64,000 nucleotides of DNA from Patescibacteria group bacterium (GCA_041664365.1 JBAYKW010000003.1:28696-92695), one strand, 5' to 3'. Shown: positions 32,001 to 40,547, counted from the stretch's first letter. Program-made: numbers and translations. Notes: a model not told the origin generated them from the sequence alone.

Positions 32001-32976
32001 AATTGTTGATCTTGAGGAAAGAATCAAAGAAGAATCCGCCTTTCGCCCGATCGACTTTTTAGCAAACTTAGAAAGAAGAAGCATGGTTAGTGAAGCAGCA
32101 AGAAAGATAGATACTACTAACGAAGACGAATTGATGGCATTGATGCAAAATGCTGTTGCGAGGGGGAATGTAACAGATGCATCTGCGGTGGCAATGTCGG
32201 CGGCAAAAGCAGCGCATTTAAATGAAGTGGTTATGGATCATCGTGCGCAATCGGACTGGTATGAAGATGTGGACGGCAAGCTTACAACAATTAAGTCAGA
32301 TGGGGCTAGGATGGTTTTCAAAGCCGGCCAGTCCATGTCAGCCGGTATTGAGGGCCTGCATGTATTTATGAATGAAATATTTGAGAAACAACTGGGCTAT
32401 AGTCATCAATCTACATTGGCGCTGGAGAGTGATTTATCGAGCGCGGCGGAACATGTTGAACATTGGACTTTTGGACAAGCAGTTGGCACATCTCCTGATG
32501 GTCAGTTTAAGCAGAGATCCCGCGCGGAACAAGGCGCGAGAGTGGCGACAGAAAGATCCAAAAGAGATCCCGCAGCTTTATACCGCCTCGGTAACCGGCT
32601 CTCACTTTCTACTGAAATGTGGAAGGATGACTCCGACCATACTAAAGGACGCGAGTCGGTACTCAATGAATATGCTGTTCCGGAAATTATGAATTGGCAA
32701 AGATATTCATTTCTTGCTGAGAGACAGAATATAAATGCTAATGCGGCAAAGCATTTACTTGGTGAAAGAAATAAACCGCTATTTGACCTTATGAGGGAAA
32801 AGGCAATAAGTAAAGGTACATTTGATGGGGATGTGAAGGCAGGAGGAAAGGGTGGATTCAGAAAATTATACGATGACTTACTAATACTTGCTCAATCGGA
32901 GGATAAGGAAAGCGGAACTCAGGCTGATATTAGAAGATCACAACAATTGATGAGGAGTTTACGTATGTTAAAGTAA
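29044..32976 (+). CDS. Polytopic membrane protein (about 8 TM in the first 330 aa, VirB6/TrbL/TcpH-like topology) with a charged coiled-coil tail of about 850 aa
   Basis: Hydropathy pattern. The tail is E/K/A/R-rich heptad-like sequence. The VirB6-like call is an inference from topology and from T4SS genes elsewhere in the window. Confidence 0.4.
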   Translation: MFRKNFSRFRKALLPIIGVLLLVVFVGLLMPGETKANWVADGFISVIGSFGGKILELLGALLGLLIEMTIKIFRFNNFVNMKAPPAVHIGWTIVRDLSNMMFIVILIVIAFGTIMKIQAYHARSLLTKMIIMIILINFSKTITGLFVDFSQVIMLTFVDSFSDSAPIVLTVGLNLNQMVSFAKETDGKLGVVSVLVAVFLANAMLVVAIAVILAMLVILIYRILNIWILVILSPIAYVASVLPNTSRYASRWWSELGKNLSSGPILAFFLWLSLSIISTSAGAPIDLSDPSIGGITNEPISDELDDTQLPKGASAIMNTQNMFNYIITIALLLTGIMLTQELGVMGGSTAAKFPAMAKKIGMGAVTKPFSKGSQAWAWGARKIRAGGIGKKNAEGRGFMQGVDLNPASVLRTMKGGFDRKRDQEERTGRVETGRRLEQGGFTGGILGAGSSSWVDNYAQGFLYNKGIKHLFKGKQGDITAMDTERHRQEEEMKKLQEMSQQQNTTEAYTDIAGGDLDHAVGEVESIDFEIKGIKVQAEAADNVYHTPDNLDAEALEIENQVSSGMLLPGDIKSLEAQSKVLRKQSADTGDIKLSEEADAIDVRIGAGVLSDDEKGYLAESAKAKRAEANRLRESRRLAEGQEKPSDLDDQAFQIQNTISSGVWTPEQIQSIKREANDKREEAEVIRREDPTGADAVAQARVAALEKEAGEIDTLVDPAAKKLDEMEELKAKAKAKRDEAAATTDTTKQIALEKEAVDIEAEIKDVEVSPGESSRLFSIAEAKRKDSEKLRAVEPAERIAELSARREKAIAEKAKKQSELDEFNNMTDGIDASGKKVTRSERQREFARARLKEMAAEKEAARQALLDGGLSDAQKDDRNSQIKAKDIKIKVVTDDINRKAALGESTDLLRKMLAELKKDRNALQVDETTGKVSDNAKATDKEREANEPQIEFLKKEADKFNEIAGREDMDETVRKNYADEAAKKHKIIVDLEERIKEESAFRPIDFLANLERRSMVSEAARKIDTTNEDELMALMQNAVARGNVTDASAVAMSAAKAAHLNEVVMDHRAQSDWYEDVDGKLTTIKSDGARMVFKAGQSMSAGIEGLHVFMNEIFEKQLGYSHQSTLALESDLSSAAEHVEHWTFGQAVGTSPDGQFKQRSRAEQGARVATERSKRDPAALYRLGNRLSLSTEMWKDDSDHTKGRESVLNEYAVPEIMNWQRYSFLAERQNINANAAKHLLGERNKPLFDLMREKAISKGTFDGDVKAGGKGGFRKLYDDLLILAQSEDKESGTQADIRRSQQLMRSLRMLK

Positions 32977-32988
32977 AGGGATAATAAT

Positions 32989-34350
32989 ATGACTGATAAA
33001 ATAAATACAAATAATATACCGGATTTAGAAGATTTAAAATTACTTGAAAAATACAAGGAATATATTGATTATGTTGAATTTAACAACGAGATAGCACTGG
33101 CCAAAGATATCTCCGACATGCTGCTTGCTCTGTTCGGGCATACCCCGAATTTCAATGTAAAAAATCCGGATTTATTTAAGGAATATCAGTCTATTTTAAT
33201 CCGCGCGCGCTGGGTCGCTCTTCCACTTCTGAAAGACCCGGATGTATTGGAGATGTTTGAAAAATATTACATGGAAGGGATGGCAATGTCGGAATTGGTG
33301 GATATCCAGGAAAAACTGAAAATTAATTTATTGAATCACTTATTACCGGAGGATCGGGATAAGCTGAAACTGGCAATCAGAAAAGCTTTGGAAAGAAATG
33401 TCCAGTTAATAACGAAAGACAAGCTTCAGGCGGATGAGGAAAAAAGAGATCCGACAATTGCAAATTGGATTTTGGATTTTACTTCAGAATTGGGGACCAA
33501 TATGTTTGACCGGGTAAAGGAGAACCAATATTTTGTAAATGGAAATAATACAAAAAAACTGTCAGAAACGGAAAAAACAAATCTGAGAGTACTACTTAAT
33601 ATCTATCGCCGTTGTGGCAGATCGTCTTTGACTCTTGAGGGAAATGAAGAACCAATTCCAGTTGATACAGAAAACAGAGTCGGTACCATCCGCGAAGGCC
33701 AGTTTGAAGAGATAAAAATGAAGGATTGGATAGCATTGGTGGAAAAGATGAAAAGTATCCGTAACATGAATTATAATGTTGATGATGCGCCGGCGGAAAT
33801 GACCGAAACGGAGAAAGAATTACAGCGGGAAAAACTGATTATGGAATTTCTCGGATCAGAAGGGGAGAGGATTATGATCCATAACGAGGAGAACAGCCTC
33901 GAGGAGACTAGTAATACAGGATTACAGGCGCTTGTTTCGATACTGATGGATGCGGTAGATCGGAAAGATAAATACAAAGCAATAGCTGCATTGCGCGTAA
34001 TCGCGGATAAGGGTAATTTGACGGAAGAATTTAAACTGAATGAAAGAGTCAGCGCATTGGCTAAAGAAATATTGCAAAAGCAATACAAACCGGAAATAAC
34101 CGCTGATTTTCAGCGTAATGGTTTCACGGCGCCCTATTTAAGTATATTTCTACAGCATATATTCCGGGAGAAAATGAATCTGGATGATGCGGAGTCCGCC
34201 CGATTTGGCGTACAGCTGGAAAATATTTTGGTGGAAAAGGGGCAGACATCCGTACAGGGGATGGTCTATGGTGATTTGATGAGCGGAAAATATATGTGGC
34301 AAGCAATAAAAGATGAAGGAGTTAAACTGTCAATTCCGGATCAGATCTAG
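32989..34350 (+). CDS. Hypothetical protein, no recognisable motifs
   Basis: Long ORF in the same orientation, tightly spaced with its neighbours. Confidence 0.45.
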   Translation: MTDKINTNNIPDLEDLKLLEKYKEYIDYVEFNNEIALAKDISDMLLALFGHTPNFNVKNPDLFKEYQSILIRARWVALPLLKDPDVLEMFEKYYMEGMAMSELVDIQEKLKINLLNHLLPEDRDKLKLAIRKALERNVQLITKDKLQADEEKRDPTIANWILDFTSELGTNMFDRVKENQYFVNGNNTKKLSETEKTNLRVLLNIYRRCGRSSLTLEGNEEPIPVDTENRVGTIREGQFEEIKMKDWIALVEKMKSIRNMNYNVDDAPAEMTETEKELQREKLIMEFLGSEGERIMIHNEENSLEETSNTGLQALVSILMDAVDRKDKYKAIAALRVIADKGNLTEEFKLNERVSALAKEILQKQYKPEITADFQRNGFTAPYLSIFLQHIFREKMNLDDAESARFGVQLENILVEKGQTSVQGMVYGDLMSGKYMWQAIKDEGVKLSIPDQI

Positions 34351-34437
34351 TTACTTATTGGCAACTAAAAAACAGACTGGAAAGCCTGTTTTTTGTTGGG
34401 TTTACAATTAATTAGTCAGGAGTAAAATGTAATTATA

Positions 34438-35484
34438 ATGCGAAGAATATATATTCTATCAGAAAAAAATATAGCTGAGTATTTATTGAACCAAGTCAAT
34501 AAATCGCTTCCTTTCAGGTTATTAAAAATTACCGAAGTCACGGAGATAACTAAATATACTAACGCTAGTTTTGTTTACCGGGTGCACTGCATTACCAATC
34601 AGGGGAAAAAGACTTTATTTCTTAAGCAGTCAGATGGTTATACGAAAAGAAACAGGAGAATTCGCGTGGATCCCGAGAGGGTAATAATTGAAGGAGAAAA
34701 GCTGAAGTTATTAGAATCATTGTTTGGTAAAGGAATTGTGCCTTTGGTATTATATGTTGATCTGAAAAATTATATTTTGGTGATGGATGATATTCAGGGG
34801 AAAAAGAAGATACTGATCGAAGAATTTGATCAGCATAAAGTGTATCCTCAGCTGGCACGGAAATTTGGCATTTTTTTTGGCACTCTGCACGGTAAAACAT
34901 ATAACACCCCACCCGTTTTCAACCGCTCGGCCTGGCAAAAAAGAATTTATCGTCTATGGAGAAACTGGATTCTATTTGGAGCGAAAAAGATCCTGCCCGA
35001 TAAAACAATTCGTGCGTTTATCCGACAGTCTGATCGGGCAAAAAAATCCTTGATCTGGGGAGATCCGGTCAACAAAAATATCTTTGTTAATCGGCAAAAT
35101 TTTTCGGTACTGGATTTTGATTTTGCTATGTATCACGATCCTGCTCTGGATAACGGGGTGTTTCTGGCGCACTGGGTTATAAAAATGTTGGAAGGAAAAA
35201 AGAAAATTGCCATTGATTGCCGGAATTTTATCATAAATTTCACCAAAGCATATCTTAAAACAACTATGACCATGGGTTTGTCAGTGCAAGAGCGCGACGG
35301 CATTATGAAAAGAACCATTGTCTGGACGGGTGTTTACATGGTCTCTCGTACGGACGGGCGGTCGGGCTCTTATTACAAAAAGTCACCGGTCTGGGAAAGC
35401 CAAATCAGAGAAACAGGTTTGGCGCTAATTACAAAGAAAAAAAATAATACCGCTGATTGGTTTAGAAAAGCTTTGACAAAATAA
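34438..35484 (+). CDS. Protein-kinase-like fold phosphotransferase (APH/choline-kinase/MtnK-like)
   Basis: Catalytic loop-like IWGDPVNKNIF (D..N) and the DFD-type motif VLDFDFAMYHDPALD. Confidence 0.5.
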   Translation: MRRIYILSEKNIAEYLLNQVNKSLPFRLLKITEVTEITKYTNASFVYRVHCITNQGKKTLFLKQSDGYTKRNRRIRVDPERVIIEGEKLKLLESLFGKGIVPLVLYVDLKNYILVMDDIQGKKKILIEEFDQHKVYPQLARKFGIFFGTLHGKTYNTPPVFNRSAWQKRIYRLWRNWILFGAKKILPDKTIRAFIRQSDRAKKSLIWGDPVNKNIFVNRQNFSVLDFDFAMYHDPALDNGVFLAHWVIKMLEGKKKIAIDCRNFIINFTKAYLKTTMTMGLSVQERDGIMKRTIVWTGVYMVSRTDGRSGSYYKKSPVWESQIRETGLALITKKKNNTADWFRKALTK

Positions 35485-35540
35485 AACACCCCGCGCACCG
35501 TACCAAAATCAATCAGTACGAAACGCGGGGGAAAAGGTGA
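35480..35540. terminator. Bidirectional GC-rich terminator hairpin between convergent genes
   Basis: ccccgcgcaccgtac...gtacgaaacgcggggg is flanked by an A-run on one side and a T-run on the other. Confidence 0.45.
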
Positions 35541-35552
35541 GGGCGCCAGGTT

Positions 35553-35684
35553 TTACGCCAAGGCGCCAGCGAAAAGGAGCAGGGTGCCGATCGTGGCGAA
35601 AGGTCCATCACCGCGATGGTTCTTTACCGAAATCAGCAGACACGCTAGTGCGAGCACTAGCACGATAGGCTTGACGAAGCGCAT
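35553..35684 (-). CDS. Small (43 aa) two-helix membrane peptide, second gene of the high-GC cassette
   Basis: MRFVKPIVLVLALACLLISVKNHRGDGPFATIGTLLLFAGALA. Its start codon lies 3 nt after the stop of the upstream gene, and it shares the same high GC. Confidence 0.35.
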   Translation of the reverse strand: MRFVKPIVLVLALACLLISVKNHRGDGPFATIGTLLLFAGALA

Positions 35685-35686
35685 TG

Positions 35687-36259
35687 TCAGCCTTCCTTGG
35701 TGAGGAATTCCACGGCCATCTCTTCGTTTTCGTGGAAGGCCAGCCATTTGTCGGCCGGCGACCACAGGCCGAGCGTCCGCAGAGCGTACATTTGGTCACG
35801 CGACCAACCGAACAGCACGACCTTCTTGGCCCGTCCCTCCTTGGCCAGAGACTTGCGGTTCCAAGCGAGGATCGGCACAAGGTGTGCGATGGTTCCTTCG
35901 CGACCGGAGAAGAACAGGAAAGCGTCGGATCGGGACGCCCAGATGCCGAGACGAAGGCTCCAGGTGACGAAAGGATCCGCCACGCCTCCTTGACGGTATT
36001 CCCTCGGAAGGGATTGGGCGATGATGTTGCAGTCCGTGATCGTCCGAATACTCCCGACATGGACAGTGCGGAGGGGAGCCGCAATGTGACCATGACAGAG
36101 GATGCCAGACTCATCAAAGATCCGGACGAGATCGCCCTGGATGCCCACGTTGGCTTCCCAGCGCTTCTGATTGAGAAGTATCGCGATTTTCATCGCGGCT
36201 TCAGCAAAGCTACCGCCACCGAGGTCGCGGTCCCCCTGAATGAACACTCTTTTTCCCAT
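35687..36259 (-). CDS. Degenerate LOG/TIGR00730-like (SLOG-superfamily Rossmann) protein within an island of about 60% GC
   Basis: C-terminal segment SDAFLFFSGREGTIAHLVPILAW resembles the LOG signature sDAfIalPGGxGTleEl..tW, with PGG and E replaced. N-terminal VFIQGDRDLGGGSF. GGAGG lies 9 nt upstream of the ATG at 36259. Confidence 0.45.
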   Translation of the reverse strand: MGKRVFIQGDRDLGGGSFAEAAMKIAILLNQKRWEANVGIQGDLVRIFDESGILCHGHIAAPLRTVHVGSIRTITDCNIIAQSLPREYRQGGVADPFVTWSLRLGIWASRSDAFLFFSGREGTIAHLVPILAWNRKSLAKEGRAKKVVLFGWSRDQMYALRTLGLWSPADKWLAFHENEEMAVEFLTKEG

Positions 36260-36556
36260 TGTCACTTGCCTCCGGGACGGTGGTGATTCTAAACCAGCCA
36301 GAATAATTTCTGGACTAGTTGTGCTCTATGTCAATGTGCCAGTAAAATGGGCACTCCTCTAAAAACGAATTATTTCACTTTCGACGGAATGCCCACTTCT
36401 CTCTCCAGTGTTTGAGTTTAACCGGCCATTATATACCTAATTTCACTTTTTGTCAATCCTAAAAGACTAATTCTTGGCTAAAATAGGGGGTTTTCAAAAC
36501 GTGAAAAATCCATTATGATTGTAGGTACTATCTAATGATTTAATATTTATTGTTTT

Positions 36557-36841
36557 ATGAATCCCGTTAGAGAAAATAGTATATGGTATACTTATCTAAT
36601 ACAAAGCCAAAAAGATAAACATTGGTATACCGGTTGTACTGATGATTTACGAAAGCGCTTTAAGGAACACAATAACGGTATGGTAAATTCTACTAAAGGT
36701 CGAGGGCCATTTAAATTAATTTATTATGAAGTGTGTCTTAATAAAAATGATGCTTTTGCTAGGGAAAAATATTTGAAATCTGGTATGGGCAAAAGATATC
36801 TAAAAAATCGTATTAAGCGCTTCCTAACTCTAACGGGATGA
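36557..36841 (+). CDS. Small standalone GIY-YIG nuclease-domain protein (UPF0213/YhbQ-like)
   Basis: YTYLIQSQKDKHWYTGCTDDLRKRFKEHNNG ... YLKSG. Confidence 0.7.
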   Translation: MNPVRENSIWYTYLIQSQKDKHWYTGCTDDLRKRFKEHNNGMVNSTKGRGPFKLIYYEVCLNKNDAFAREKYLKSGMGKRYLKNRIKRFLTLTG

Positions 36842-37512
36842 ATAAGCGTATCGCCAAGCTACTCAGTGACTTTGGTTTTTTTGTTTTCGGTAAGTTTTAC
36901 GGATCACTGGGCGAACCGTCACCTATCTACATAACAAGCAAGCGTCTTTATTCCCACCCGGACAAAATGAAAGTAGTGTCAGAAGAAATAGCTGATTTTA
37001 TGAAAGGTAAAAGTATTGATCTAGTGGCCGGTACAATGGTTTCCGGCACCCCTTTAGCCATGGCCGTATCGCTTGCATCGCATAAGCCGTTTATTTATCT
37101 TCGGCAAAAAACGAAGAAAGATGGTTCTTTGGTTACTTTATTGGAAGGGTTATACAGAAAAGGGGAAAGTGTGTTGGTGGTAGATGACGGGATCGGTACC
37201 GGCAGTACCAAAGAGCGCTTTATTAAAACTCTGCAGAAAAAGGGTCTGGTTGTCAAAGATGTACTGGTCCTTTATGATGCCGGGGTAGAGTATATTCCAT
37301 TCTATGCAAAACATAAAATTAAAATTCATTCGTTTGTAAAACATAATGATCTGGTTAAGTTCATGGTGAAGAATGGTTACATTTCAAAAAAATTAGGGGA
37401 CTATATGTATGATATTTGGAAGAACCTGAAAGAATGGCAGAAAGACCAGAAAAAGTGGAATGAATTTGTGTCACTGGCAAAATCCGAGGGTTTTACTGAT
37501 TCAAACAAATGA
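36838..37512 (+). CDS. Type I phosphoribosyltransferase, orotate-PRTase-like
   Basis: FGKFYGSLGEPSPIYI (OPRTase-like N-terminus) and the PRPP-binding motif VLVVDDGIGTGST. Confidence 0.6.
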   Translation: MNKRIAKLLSDFGFFVFGKFYGSLGEPSPIYITSKRLYSHPDKMKVVSEEIADFMKGKSIDLVAGTMVSGTPLAMAVSLASHKPFIYLRQKTKKDGSLVTLLEGLYRKGESVLVVDDGIGTGSTKERFIKTLQKKGLVVKDVLVLYDAGVEYIPFYAKHKIKIHSFVKHNDLVKFMVKNGYISKKLGDYMYDIWKNLKEWQKDQKKWNEFVSLAKSEGFTDSNK

Positions 37513-38411
37513 AGCGGATTTTACTTAGTGGATCTTCAAATAATCCCTTGGCAAAAAAAATTGCTTTAAAGACGGGTATCAGGTTGGGAAGATTATCCAT
37601 CAAAAAATTCAGAGACGGGGAAAAATATGTAAATGTCGGGGAAAATTTAAAAGAAAAGGAAGTAATTATCCTGCAATCAGGTTCTATGCCGGCAGATGAA
37701 CATTTAGTTGAGCTTTTATTAATTTTGGATGCGGTAAAAAGATTACGACCAAAAAAAATAATAGTGCTATTGCCGTTTTATCCTTATCGCAGGCAGGAAA
37801 AGGAATCACAAAAGGGGGATGCAATATCAGCAGAACTAATTGGGGGGCTTTTGCAGGCCTGTAAAATAGATAAACTTGTTGTTGTAGATCTGCATAGCCC
37901 TGTAATAAAAGGATTTTACAAAATTCCGGTCAAAGAAATATCCGCGATTCCATTATTTGTGAAATACTTCCAAAATAAAAAGATAGATGCCGCAGTTGCC
38001 CCCGATAAAGGAAGTATAAATCGTTCTGGCCGGTTTGCCTCCTTACTTAAAATTCCGGCCTTGGTAATGGAAAAAAAGCGAACTGAGCATGATAAGGTAC
38101 ATAGCCTAAAACTTATGGATATTTCTGGAAAAGCAGTGGAAGTGAAAAATAAGAATGTTGTGCTGGTTGATGATGAAATAAATACGGCGGGAACATTGGC
38201 AGAAAATGTAAATGTTTTAAAAAAACTTGGAGTAAATGATATATATTTTGCAGCGACTCATGCTGTTTTATCCGGTAAAGCGATACAGAGGATAAAAAAA
38301 ATGGCAGTCAAAGAGATAATTACTACTGATACTATCCGATTGCCTTCCGTAAAGAAAATTAGTAAACTGAAAGTGTTGTCCGTTGCAGATATAATCGCAA
38401 GAACGTTATAA
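37509..38411 (+). CDS. prs: Ribose-phosphate pyrophosphokinase (PRPP synthetase)
   Basis: N-terminal Prs domain (LAKKIALKTGIRLGRLSIKKFRDGE) and the PRPP-binding motif VVLVDDEINTAGTL. Confidence 0.85.
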   Translation: MKRILLSGSSNNPLAKKIALKTGIRLGRLSIKKFRDGEKYVNVGENLKEKEVIILQSGSMPADEHLVELLLILDAVKRLRPKKIIVLLPFYPYRRQEKESQKGDAISAELIGGLLQACKIDKLVVVDLHSPVIKGFYKIPVKEISAIPLFVKYFQNKKIDAAVAPDKGSINRSGRFASLLKIPALVMEKKRTEHDKVHSLKLMDISGKAVEVKNKNVVLVDDEINTAGTLAENVNVLKKLGVNDIYFAATHAVLSGKAIQRIKKMAVKEIITTDTIRLPSVKKISKLKVLSVADIIARTL

Positions 38412-38580
38412 TACATCAATAAGCGGGTTTAAACTATATAAAGATACTCGTTCGCCTTGTCTTATTCGTGCCCATAACTCCTCCCTTCGTTTAATTAGAT
38501 TTGAGCTTCGGAAGGCAAGCAGTTATTCAATTAACAATGTTTGCCCGTCGAAGCTCCAATTTCAATCGGAGCGTAGTCGG

Positions 38581-38657
38581 GCGCCCGTAGCTCAGCTGGA
38601 TAGAGCGTAGGATTCCGGATCCTAAGGTCGGAGGTTCAAGCCCTCCTGGGCGCACCA
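38581..38657 (+). tRNA. tRNA-Arg (anticodon CCG), CCA encoded
   Basis: Manual cloverleaf: acceptor GCGCCCG/TGGGCGC, D-stem GCTC/GAGC, anticodon stem TAGGA/TCCTA with loop TTCCGGA, T-arm GGAGG-TTCAAGC-CCTCC, discriminator A plus CCA. Confidence 0.85.
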
Positions 38658-38904
38658 AAATTTAACATAGGATGATCATAGTGGAATAAGGAATAACGGT
38701 TTCCGCCAGAGGCGGACCAGCCTTGGGCTGGCAAATCCTGTCGGGCGCACCATTATAATCAATCGAATAAAATTGCAGTGTGATTCGGGGAATAAAGTTA
38801 AAGGTTCTGCGCCCGAGGCGCACCCGCCTCCGGCAGGGATTCCTCATGGTGGCACTAATCTCTTCCGGTAAAAATCAAAATATTTGATATTCAGGATAAC
38901 AAAT

Positions 38905-38937
38905 AAACTACCCATTTCTGGGTAGTTTATTTGTTTT
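38905..38937. terminator. Bidirectional intrinsic terminator
   Basis: Perfect 10-bp stem aaactaccca-tttc-tgggtagttt followed by atttgtttt. It lies downstream of minus-strand pncB and of the plus-strand tRNA. Confidence 0.5.
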
Positions 38938-38945
38938 AGTATTGC

Positions 38946-40334
38946 TTATTTTAGGTGTTCTTTTTTGACCTGGTCCAGTAGTTGTTCTAATTTTTTACTA
39001 ATGTCCACGCGATATGGGTGTTGTTTATCGATGTCTAAAAGTTTTTCAGGTATAGTGCTAAGTTGTTTATTGAAATATTTTCTTATTTCATCAAGACTCG
39101 GTAATTTCTTTACTAATTTGCCTTTGGTTAGCACTTTTTTAAGTAATGGGGAGCCATAATTTTCATTTTCCAAACCAACAATATCATAAGCTATTTTATT
39201 ATTCTTATATTTTCGGAAAACCTGTTTTCTACCGGGATAACTTTGCTTGCCAGGAGTTAATTTCGCCGTGTAATGTATGTTTTTACCATCTCTAATTTCC
39301 GCAACTTTATATACAACTTCAAGACTGGGGGAGTCAGACATGGTGGCATATTCTGTGGCGATAACAAATGAATCAATCGGCGCTTTATCAGCTAATAATT
39401 TTTTCACTTTATATTCATCCAGATTAGTGGCTACCATGATTTTTACATTATGGAGACCATTTTTATCCAACATTTTTTTGGCAACAAATGATAGTTTGCC
39501 GAGATCGCCGGAATCTATGCCAATATAGTTCAGATTACCCCCTTTTTTCTGTAATTCTTTGGCAACAATTATTGCATTTTTTATCCCTTGCTTTATATCA
39601 TAAGTATCTACCATGAATGCCCCGTTATCAGGGAAATAATGAACCATTTTTCTAAAAGCGGTCAGCTCCTCTGTAAATGATTTAATAAAAAAATGCTGTC
39701 CTAATACAAGGTAATTTTCTTGCTGGGGAATTTTATACTTTCTAATAAATTCCGGCCAGGCATTAATATGCAGTCCACAAATATATCCACTGCGCAAACC
39801 TTTCATCCCTGATTCAAAGGATTGAGATCGCTGCATACCCAAAACAATATCTTTACTAATAGTACTAATTCTAGCCGCCTTGGACATAAACAAAACATTG
39901 GAAACGGTAATGCCAAAAATAACGGTTTCAATAACCGAGGCTTCAATTAAAGGCGCGGTTATCCTTATTATCGGTTCTCCGGGGAAGAAAATAGTTCCCT
40001 CTGGCATGGCAGAAACATCACCAGTAAAACGAAATTTTCTTAAGTAGTCGGCAAATTTTTTGGTAATTAAATTACCATCAATAAGTATTTGAATTTGTTC
40101 TTCTGAATAGCGTAAATTTGTCAGGTAATTTACTAATTCTTCTAAACCTCCGCAGACCATATAATTTCTGTTTTTTGGCATATCTCTGACAACTAAATCA
40201 AAGGTAGCAATTTGTTTATCTTTACCTTCTTCTAACCAAATAGCAGCTTGAGCATAAGTGGAAGATAGTTGTGTCAGAAATAAGCTGGAAAATTCAAAAA
40301 GATTATTCATAAGTATGTTTTTAATGGCTTTCAC
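38946..40334 (-). CDS. pncB: Nicotinate phosphoribosyltransferase family protein
   Basis: Length and N-terminal NAPRTase pattern (LFEFSSLFLTQLSSTYAQAAIW..MVCGGLEE). Confidence 0.75.
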   Translation of the reverse strand: MKAIKNILMNNLFEFSSLFLTQLSSTYAQAAIWLEEGKDKQIATFDLVVRDMPKNRNYMVCGGLEELVNYLTNLRYSEEQIQILIDGNLITKKFADYLRKFRFTGDVSAMPEGTIFFPGEPIIRITAPLIEASVIETVIFGITVSNVLFMSKAARISTISKDIVLGMQRSQSFESGMKGLRSGYICGLHINAWPEFIRKYKIPQQENYLVLGQHFFIKSFTEELTAFRKMVHYFPDNGAFMVDTYDIKQGIKNAIIVAKELQKKGGNLNYIGIDSGDLGKLSFVAKKMLDKNGLHNVKIMVATNLDEYKVKKLLADKAPIDSFVIATEYATMSDSPSLEVVYKVAEIRDGKNIHYTAKLTPGKQSYPGRKQVFRKYKNNKIAYDIVGLENENYGSPLLKKVLTKGKLVKKLPSLDEIRKYFNKQLSTIPEKLLDIDKQHPYRVDISKKLEQLLDQVKKEHLK

Positions 40335-40490
40335 ATTACAATTATAGTACTTTTATTCAACTTTGTTAAGTTTATTATAATTTTTATTTAGCAAGTTACG
40401 TGGTAATGATAATATTTTTTTAAGATGATGATGTAATAGAAATAGTTGAGGAAAAAATTGTAATAACAAAAGTAAGCAAATAGAATATTA

Positions 40491-40519
40491 TTGACAAAAG
40501 ACAAAAAATCTGTTATCCT
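40491..40519 (+). promoter_or_regulatory. Sigma70-like promoter: TTGACA, 17 nt, TATCCT
   Basis: Read directly. It is duplicated with the downstream copy of the gene. Confidence 0.4.
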
Positions 40520-40547
40520 GAGGTGGTAATATGATTATAAAAAAACT

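Noticed and set aside
35684-36286. Plus-strand ORFs of 200 aa and 98 aa, and other minus-frame ORFs (35608-36117), inside the high-GC island
   Set aside because: High GC suppresses stop codons, so long spurious frames appear on every strand. Only the minus-strand 35687-36259 frame has a proper RBS-ATG, a recognisable domain signature and a downstream coupled gene.
38662-38847. 61-aa minus-strand ORF downstream of tRNA-Arg
   Set aside because: It lies in a GC-rich hairpin region with no RBS, and its translation is Arg/Pro-rich as expected for GC-rich non-coding DNA.
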